Source: Candidatus Tremblayella phenacoccinincola (lineage in GTDB: Bacteria; Pseudomonadota; Gammaproteobacteria; Burkholderiales; Burkholderiaceae). Taken from it: a stretch of 14,880 nucleotides of DNA. The position numbers were made by a program, and so were the translations under genes. The notes beneath the pieces were generated by a model. That model did not search any database and had not been told where the DNA came from. It saw only the letters and a list, made by a program, of their open reading frames with translations. The stretch is taken from assembly GCF_002682985.1 (NCBI RefSeq), contig NZ_MKGN01000001.1, forward strand, positions 1 through 14,880, written 5' to 3'. How positions within the stretch are numbered: position 1 is the stretch's first letter; each line of letters begins with the position of its first letter. This document shows, one piece after another, positions 8,972 through 14,880 of the stretch.

Positions 8972-9133
8972 GCCTCACCTCAGATTCTAACCTAGAGACC
9001 CATATACAGACAGTCTACATCGCTTTTTGTTTATTGGATTGTCTTAGATTAACACAGATATAGAACTCCAAAACCATCTGTTTAACTTATGTTCTATTGT
9101 ATGTATATGCTATGATGTTATGAGTTATGATAT

Positions 9134-10555
9134 ATGATATGCCTATATAACACATTAACTAAAACTAAAGAACTTATCAACCCTATTAAACCTAACTTAG
9201 TAACTATATATATTTGTGGTGTAACAACATATGATCTGTGCCATTTAGGACACGGACGCACGTTTGTAGCTTTTGATATTATTATTAGGCATATACGTCA
9301 TTGTGGTTATAAAGTTAGATATATTCGAAATATCACTGATATTGATGATAAAGTTATATATAAAGCAGTTAAGGTTGGTGTTCAATGTAAGTTCTTAAGT
9401 AAAAGCTTTATAGTTGAAATGCATAAGGACTTTAAGTTAGTTAATGTAGCGCAGCCTAACCATGAGCCTTGTACTACTAAAACCATAAGACATATTATTG
9501 ACTATGTTTATATGTTAATTAAAAAGAGATATGCTTATCTAAATACAAATGGGGAAGTAATATATTCAATTAAAACCACTAATAGTTACGGTCTATTATC
9601 TCGACAGGCAGCTATATATCTTAATGTAAACAAGCTTAAGAACTTTAATAATAAACGAACCTCTAATGACTTTGTATTATGGAAAAGACCTAAACCTGGA
9701 GAACCAAGTTGGGATTCACCTTGGGGCATTGGACGTCCTGGTTGGCATATAGAATGTTCAGCTATTAACCATAAATACTTAGCCTCTCACTTTGATATCC
9801 ATGGTGGAGGGTTAGACTTAATATTTCCACACCATGAAAATGAACTAACTCAGACTACCAGTTGCTTTGATGGTTCTTGTGTTAGGATATGGATGCATAC
9901 TGGCATATTAATATTAAATAAAGAAAAGATGTCGAAGTCTTTAGAGAACTCTATTAAGCTACGGGATGTTTTTAGTTCTTATGATGCAGAAACTATAAGA
10001 GCCTTATACATAACTAGCCATTATAGAAGTCCTTTATCTTTTAGTCTTAAAAAGGTAAAAGAAGCAGTTACTTCTCTAAAGCGTTTATATACTTCTCTTA
10101 GAACTACTAGGTTTAGGTTAAACGTAGCTCTTAAAGAAACTAAAGGAATTAAAGAAGAGATGGTCGAGAGATTTATTAATGCTATGAATGACGACTTTAA
10201 TACTCCAAAGGCTTTTTCAATACTATTTTATATGTCTAAAAGGATAAACTATCTTAAACATAGGAACTTAATATTAGCATCTAACCTAGCTTCTAATCTA
10301 CGTAGTTTAGGTTCTAGACTAGGACTATTAAGCTACGGTTCTATTGATCTTATGTATATACAAGAAACTATATTAACTAAAGCAAAGATTAGGATAGATG
10401 ATATAGAAAAGCTAATTAAGAAACGTAACCTAGCTAGAAGTAATAAACAATGGCATTTGTCGGATAATATAAGAGCTAAGCTTATTGATAAAAGCATAGT
10501 ACTTGAAGATGTTAAAGATAATACAATATGGAATGCTAGCTTAAACCTCCAATAA
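9134..10555 (+). CDS. cysS: cysteine--tRNA ligase
   Basis: 473 aa, colinear with E. coli CysRS. Motifs: YICGVTTYDLCHLGHGRTFVAFD (HIGH), YIRNITDIDDK, GRPGWHIECSA, FPHHENE, KMSKS, DDFNTP. Strong I/K/N/Y enrichment. Confidence 0.95.
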   Translation: MICLYNTLTKTKELINPIKPNLVTIYICGVTTYDLCHLGHGRTFVAFDIIIRHIRHCGYKVRYIRNITDIDDKVIYKAVKVGVQCKFLSKSFIVEMHKDFKLVNVAQPNHEPCTTKTIRHIIDYVYMLIKKRYAYLNTNGEVIYSIKTTNSYGLLSRQAAIYLNVNKLKNFNNKRTSNDFVLWKRPKPGEPSWDSPWGIGRPGWHIECSAINHKYLASHFDIHGGGLDLIFPHHENELTQTTSCFDGSCVRIWMHTGILILNKEKMSKSLENSIKLRDVFSSYDAETIRALYITSHYRSPLSFSLKKVKEAVTSLKRLYTSLRTTRFRLNVALKETKGIKEEMVERFINAMNDDFNTPKAFSILFYMSKRINYLKHRNLILASNLASNLRSLGSRLGLLSYGSIDLMYIQETILTKAKIRIDDIEKLIKKRNLARSNKQWHLSDNIRAKLIDKSIVLEDVKDNTIWNASLNLQ

Positions 10556-10557
10556 GT

Positions 10558-10631
10558 GCGCCCTTAGTTCAGTTGGATAGAGCAACGGCCTTCTAAGCCG
10601 TAGATCACAGGTTCGAACCCTGTAGGGCGTG
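10558..10631 (+). tRNA. tRNA-Arg (anticodon UCU)
   Basis: Hand-folded cloverleaf. Acceptor GCGCCCT/AGGGCGT (G1.U72). D stem GTTC/GAGC. Anticodon stem ACGGC/GCCGT with loop CTTCTAA (TCT at 10592-10594). T arm ACAGG-TTCGAAC-CCTGT. Discriminator G. No encoded CCA. Starts 2 nt after the cysS stop. Confidence 0.9.
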
Positions 10632-10659
10632 CTTTCTATATATTAGTTTATTATAGACT

Positions 10660-11130
10660 ATGGACGTATTAAAAAGCCTTATGTATATAAACCTTATAAT
10701 AAAGAATAATAAGATACCTTTTCAATACTATGTTGAAAAAAGGTTTGAAGCAGGCATATCATTACAAGGGTGGGAAGTTAAGGCTCTTAGGTTTAAAAAG
10801 GCTAATATTAACAATAGCTATGTATATATCAAGGAATGTGAAGCATACATAGTTGGTTCTAGCTTTCAGTCTTTATATTATATATCCTGTTCAGACATAA
10901 CCTATGAACCATTAAGAACCCGTAAGCTACTATTAACTAAAAAAGAACTAACTCTTTTATATGGGTCAGTATATAAACATAAGGGCTACTCTATAGTAGT
11001 TGAGTCTTTATATTGGAAAGGCTCTTGGTGTAAAGCTAGTATAGTTTTAGTTAAAGGCAAAAAGGACTACGATAAAAGAAGTGACCTAAAAAAGGATATG
11101 CAGGTTAGCTGTTTGTCTGATACATATTAA
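10660..11130 (+). CDS. smpB: SsrA-binding protein SmpB
   Basis: 156 aa, colinear with E. coli SmpB. Motifs: FEAGISLQGWEVKALR, RTRKLLLTKKEL, LYWKGSWCKASIVLVKGKKDYDKRSD. Confidence 0.9.
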   Translation: MDVLKSLMYINLIIKNNKIPFQYYVEKRFEAGISLQGWEVKALRFKKANINNSYVYIKECEAYIVGSSFQSLYYISCSDITYEPLRTRKLLLTKKELTLLYGSVYKHKGYSIVVESLYWKGSWCKASIVLVKGKKDYDKRSDLKKDMQVSCLSDTY

Positions 11131-11152
11131 TCTGCTGTCCTAACCCTATTAG

Positions 11153-11701
11153 TTAAAAGAAGTTCTCCCATATAGCTATAACACATCCTATGACTTGTTT
11201 ACCTGGGAATGTTCCCCAAAAGCGGCTATCATAGCTTTTAACTATATAGTCACCTATTACAAAATATCTAAACCTTGGTAAACACCAACAACATATATTG
11301 CTTTTGGGTTTATTAATAAGGATGCCTTTTCTACTATGTATGTTTAAGCTACTATATAATATGTTCTTCTTTTGGTCTTTAAGCTTTTGTATATAGTTTA
11401 TTATTCCTATATAGTTTATGGATATCTTTTTAATATGCTTATTATATGTTACTATATCACCAGGTAAACCTAATAGTCTTTTGATATAATTAGAAGCTTT
11501 AAAAGGATATCTTACTACTATTATAGAACCTCGTTTATTAATAAACCCATAAGAAACCTTTTTAACTATGGCTAGGTCTCCAGAGAATAACGTTGGAACC
11601 ATTGACATTGCCTTAATACAATATAGACCAACTATAAAAGCATCTACTGAATATAATAGCATAATAACTATAATAGGTTTTATTATGTTAAGCTTATCCA
11701 T
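11153..11701 (-). CDS. lepB: signal peptidase I (short form)
   Basis: 182 aa. One N-terminal hydrophobic segment. Catalytic Ser box SMVPTL. Lys box YIKRLLGLPGD. Box E GDYIVKSYDSRFWG. Confidence 0.85.
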   Translation of the reverse strand: MDKLNIIKPIIVIMLLYSVDAFIVGLYCIKAMSMVPTLFSGDLAIVKKVSYGFINKRGSIIVVRYPFKASNYIKRLLGLPGDIVTYNKHIKKISINYIGIINYIQKLKDQKKNILYSSLNIHSRKGILINKPKSNICCWCLPRFRYFVIGDYIVKSYDSRFWGTFPGKQVIGCVIAIWENFF

Positions 11702-11748
11702 ATATTGTCTCTTTAGAAGTAGATATGTGGTTAACTACTAGTCTTAGT

Positions 11749-14211
11749 CTAGGTTAAAGTTAATATGTTTATTGCTTTATTAGGTATGTATAGCACCTTA
11801 TAAGCATTATTAGGTTTAATATATCTTAAAGGCTTTTCATAGCTATATAGCTTTTCTATCAATAGAGACTCTCTTATACATACAGACGTCTCAATAGAAC
11901 CTCTTACTTTATTATTAATATGTACTATTATTGATATATATATAGAACCTATGTATGAGCTGTTTAAGTTAACCCAATATAGATCTTCTATAGCTTTTAT
12001 GTTGGTTAGTTCCTTCCATAATATGGAACAAAGATGAGGAACAAAAGGACTAACTATTTTAATAACTAGCTTTAACATCTCTTTAGATAAAGAGTAGTCC
12101 AACTCTTTTAGCTTAGGTAGTTTAATTAGGTTACTAACTATCTTCATAATAGTGGCTATAGTAGTGTTAAATGAAAGACGTTCTTCTATAGTATTAGCTA
12201 GCTTAATAATAGCCTTATTAACATCCATATATAATAACAGCTGTCCTTTGCTTAGGGAATTAATATCAAAAGGTAATACATATATTAGGTCTACATGCTC
12301 ATATACAATGCTCCATACTTTAATTATAAACCGATAGGTACCTTCTATTCCTGATTGGTTCCATATAAAATCTATGTTAGCAGGAGCAGCAAACATAATA
12401 AATAGTCGTAATGCATCAGCGCCATATAGTTCTAATATCTTTCCTGGACTAATACCATTATTTTTAGACTTTGACATCTTATGTATACCTGCGTGTTTAA
12501 CTTCATTACCATCTAAATCAAATAGGTTATATAGGTTGGTTTTGCTATTATATTTAGCAACTACATATAGCGGAGAAGCCCAACTAATATTATTATCTAC
12601 ATAGTAATAAGCATCCGCTAAAACCATCCCTTGACAAAAGAGTTTCCTTACTGGTTCTTTATATTTAAACCCAACTAGACCAGCATCTCTTAATAGCTTA
12701 TGGTAAAATCTAATGTATAATAAGTGCATAACGGCATGTTCTATTCCACCTATATATTGATCAACAGGTAACCAATAGTTTGATGCTTTTATATCTATCA
12801 TGTCTTTTATATAGGCTGGACAACCATAACGAACGTAATACCATGAAGACTCTATAAAGGTATCAAAAGTATCAGACTCACGATATGCCTCTTTCCCTAA
12901 ATATATAGACTTATGCCATTTTACATTCCTTTTCCTAGCTACTAACAGATATCTATTTACTAATAGGCTTTCATCCAATATAGCTGGTAGTTCTTTAGTT
13001 GATACAGCTATCGCTTTCTTACTATGTGTATATATTGGTATAGGGGTTCCCCAACTACGTTGTCTAGAAATACACCAGTCTTTTAAACAATAGGTTATCT
13101 TTTGAATACAGCTATTAGATTTAATTAACATATTCACTATAGAACCAATTCTTTGAGGTATTCCATATGGTACTTTGTTTGATATATATATAGCAGTTGG
13201 TAGTTTATGGTATATAGCAAAGCTAATATCTTCTATATATTTAGAAGGAATACCTATAGTGATGTCTGTTCTATATTCTTTTATTATATGGTTAACTACC
13301 CAAACTGATAGCATTATATTTGTTAATGGACTTATAGCGGATAACTCTGTAATATCTTTTAGACTGTCTGTATTAACTTCTTTTACGGTCTTTTTTATAT
13401 TTAAAAGCGATAAGTAATGATAAACAGATATCTTTATATAGGAAGTCTTTATCAAACACTCTGGGTCTATAGAATATATACAGATGCTAGAACCTAGTCC
13501 TAATATGCTAACTGTTAGTATTATGCTTTTAGCTTTACCTATCCAGTTTCTTTGCATATCTTTTATATGTGTTGGCCAATAGGTTAAATAGGTTAGGCCT
13601 TTTAGAAGAGCATCAGCATATGAAGATATCTTAATAAACCATTGTGAAAGCTTTTTAAAAGATATATGCTTATTACATCTCCAACAGATCCCATTAACAG
13701 CCTGTTCATTTGCTAATACTGTTTTATCTGTAGGACACCAGTTAACAACAGTTTTGGTTTTATAGGCTAACTCCTTACTATATACGTATATATATATCCA
13801 TTGTTCCCATTTATAATATTCTGGTTTACATGTGATAACTTCGCGAGACCAGTCAATACTATAGCCCATAGTCTTTAGTTGAGCTCTCATATGGATTATA
13901 TTATTATATGTCCATTCAGAAGGGATGCTTTTATTAGTAGCTGCTGCGCATTCCGCAGGTAGACCAAATGAGTCCCACCCAAACGGATTCAATACATAGC
14001 TTCCCTTCATTCGTTGGTATCTAGCTATAACGTCCCCTATTGTATAGTTTCGGATATGACCCATATGAAGTCTTCCAGAGGGGTAGGGCAACATAGATAA
14101 GCAATAGTACTTTCCTTTAGATATAGACTCAGTAGCTTTGTATAGTTGGTCTTTCTCCCAATAGGATTGTATATTAGCTTCTATCTCTTTATGGTAATAT
14201 AGTTCTTCCAT
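11749..14211 (-). CDS. leuS: leucine--tRNA ligase
   Basis: 820 aa, colinear with E. coli LeuRS. KYYCLSMLPYPSGRLHMGHIRNYTIGDVIARYQRM is nearly identical to the E. coli segment. Other motifs: VLANEQ, CWRC, QWFIKI, MQRNWIG, LKDWCISRQRSWG, YIGGIEHAVMHLLY, KMSKSKNNG. Confidence 0.95.
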   Translation of the reverse strand: MEELYYHKEIEANIQSYWEKDQLYKATESISKGKYYCLSMLPYPSGRLHMGHIRNYTIGDVIARYQRMKGSYVLNPFGWDSFGLPAECAAATNKSIPSEWTYNNIIHMRAQLKTMGYSIDWSREVITCKPEYYKWEQWIYIYVYSKELAYKTKTVVNWCPTDKTVLANEQAVNGICWRCNKHISFKKLSQWFIKISSYADALLKGLTYLTYWPTHIKDMQRNWIGKAKSIILTVSILGLGSSICIYSIDPECLIKTSYIKISVYHYLSLLNIKKTVKEVNTDSLKDITELSAISPLTNIMLSVWVVNHIIKEYRTDITIGIPSKYIEDISFAIYHKLPTAIYISNKVPYGIPQRIGSIVNMLIKSNSCIQKITYCLKDWCISRQRSWGTPIPIYTHSKKAIAVSTKELPAILDESLLVNRYLLVARKRNVKWHKSIYLGKEAYRESDTFDTFIESSWYYVRYGCPAYIKDMIDIKASNYWLPVDQYIGGIEHAVMHLLYIRFYHKLLRDAGLVGFKYKEPVRKLFCQGMVLADAYYYVDNNISWASPLYVVAKYNSKTNLYNLFDLDGNEVKHAGIHKMSKSKNNGISPGKILELYGADALRLFIMFAAPANIDFIWNQSGIEGTYRFIIKVWSIVYEHVDLIYVLPFDINSLSKGQLLLYMDVNKAIIKLANTIEERLSFNTTIATIMKIVSNLIKLPKLKELDYSLSKEMLKLVIKIVSPFVPHLCSILWKELTNIKAIEDLYWVNLNSSYIGSIYISIIVHINNKVRGSIETSVCIRESLLIEKLYSYEKPLRYIKPNNAYKVLYIPNKAINILTLT

Positions 14212-14302
14212 AGTTTATAAGAAGGATTAGGGGGTTAAGTAGTTACTGGATGAGACCAATATGTTATTAGCTATAAGAGAGGAATTAACATAGTCTATAT
14301 AG

Positions 14303-14340
14303 TTGGGGTTTATCGTTATCTCCTGCCATACGAACCCCAA
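14303..14340. repeat. inverted repeat (8-bp stem TTGGGGTT/AACCCCAA, 22-nt loop) in the leuS / tRNA-Leu divergent spacer
   Basis: TTGGGGTT at 14303-14310 is the perfect reverse complement of AACCCCAA at 14333-14340. A second, weaker one (AGGCCTAT 14365-14372 / ATAGGCTT 14388-14395) follows. Confidence 0.35.
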
Positions 14341-14463
14341 AAGCTTCTCATATATTTTCTAGAGAGGCCTATATTGTAGCTAAAGAGATAGGCTTATAGT
14401 TAGCATTTATAGGGATACTTTTGTTGATAGCTCTTCAAAGGAAGGAGGGAGAAAGTGTTTAAT

Positions 14464-14547
14464 ACCGAGGTGGCGAAATAGGTAGTCGCGTTACTTTGAG
14501 GTGGTAATGCTTTTATAAGTATACGGGTTCAAGTCCCGTCCTCGGTA
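14464..14547 (+). tRNA. tRNA-Leu (anticodon GAG), class II with long variable arm
   Basis: Acceptor ACCGAGG/CCTCGGT. Anticodon stem TTACT/GGTAA with loop TTGAGGT (GAG at 14498-14500). Long variable arm. T arm ACGGG-TTCAAGT-CCCGT. Discriminator A. Very close to E. coli tRNA-Leu(GAG) as I recall it. No encoded CCA. Confidence 0.9.
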
Positions 14548-14575
14548 TTATATAATAAACATAATACGCATCTAA

Positions 14576-14650
14576 AGCGGAGTGGAGCAGGCTTGGCAGC
14601 TCATCGGGCTCATAACCCGAAGGACGTTGGTTCAATTCCAACCTCCGCAT
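14576..14650 (+). tRNA. initiator tRNA-fMet (anticodon CAU)
   Basis: Colinear with E. coli tRNA-fMet. Three consecutive G:C pairs close the anticodon loop (TCGGG-CTCATAA-CCCGA, CAT at 14611-14613). A11:U24 is present. Positions 1:72 are unpaired (A x A). T arm GTTGG-TTCAATT-CCAAC. No encoded CCA. Confidence 0.85.
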
Positions 14651-14880
14651 CTGAGATCTTGGTGTTCTTGTGTTGTTAGTTAACCTTTGTATATTAGTAT
14701 GTAGATTAGTATGTATGATGTTCATTGTAGCTTGAAAAGGCAGTCTATATTGGTATGTATCTATAGGCTATTAGATGAACCAGGCTCTAGGACAGATATA
14801 CGTTGGTTCTTAACAGCTACAGAGCACATACATAGCTGATGAACCATTCCTTTCTCGAGTAGAGGCTACCCATATGCTTA

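Larger units (their letters stand above)
9134..14211. other. AT-rich compositional block (cysS, tRNA-Arg, smpB, lepB, leuS) set in a ~40% GC background
   Basis: Hand counts of single 60-nt lines. Inside the block: 9301 = 22% GC, 11401 = 20%, 13201 = 27%. Outside: 781 = 43%, 5401 = 38%, 14221 = 37%, 14761 = 42%. GC3 over about the first 90 codons is ~19% for cysS and ~39% for leuC. Confidence 0.8.

Noticed and set aside
12152-13417. Plus-strand ORFs 12152-12337, 12374-12604 and 13175-13417 inside leuS.
   Set aside because: They are antisense to a well-conserved LeuRS. AT-rich sequence readily gives I/L/F-rich antisense frames. There are no motifs and no start context.
14513-14725. A 70-aa minus-strand ORF.
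   Set aside because: It runs straight through tRNA-Leu and tRNA-fMet on the opposite strand. The tRNA folds explain the sequence conservation, and the ORF is an artefact.
1-14880. Search for CRISPR repeats, IS or transposase ends, integrase or att sites at the tRNAs, toxin-antitoxin pairs, restriction-modification or other defence genes, and secondary-metabolite genes.
   Set aside because: No periodic repeat-spacer pattern is present. No terminal inverted repeats flank any block. Every ORF above 100 aa is accounted for by a housekeeping family. The AT-rich island carries core translation and secretion genes rather than accessory cargo, so it does not look like a conventional mobile genomic island.

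Overview
This window looks like part of a strongly reduced, host-restricted proteobacterial chromosome of the insect-endosymbiont type. It has very short spacers in places, almost no Shine-Dalgarno sequences, and only housekeeping or amino-acid-biosynthesis genes. I can support 11 protein genes: rpsU(-), leuC, leuD, leuB, asd, dnaE (all +), rsfS(-), cysS(+), smpB(+), lepB(-) and leuS(-). I can also support 3 tRNAs: Arg-UCU, Leu-GAG and initiator Met-CAU. I see no CRISPR array, transposase, integrase, phage gene, toxin-antitoxin pair or defence-type gene cluster. I therefore do not claim a novel multi-gene system. The most unusual signal is compositional. Positions ~9134-14211 (cysS, tRNA-Arg, smpB, lepB, leuS) are far more AT-rich than everything around them: about 20-27% GC against about 37-43% GC, from hand counts of single 60-nt lines. 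This block also has tiny spacers, and its edges coincide with gene boundaries. The ~40% GC part carries a leuC-leuD-leuB-asd arrangement typical of Betaproteobacteria, whereas the AT-rich LeuRS and CysRS read as E. coli-like. This suggests a chromosome built from two ancestries, as reported for the beta/gamma 'collage' genome of 'Ca. Tremblaya phenacola' PPER; I cannot verify identity without a search. The alternative is a chimeric assembly. Secondary observations are a +1 frameshift at CCC-AGG-TGA in the 5' end of leuB, a degenerate CP1 editing site in LeuRS, and an initiator tRNA with A1xA72 and U73. There is also a tRNA packed 2 nt behind cysS, and a 17-nt convergent dnaE/rsfS overlap.
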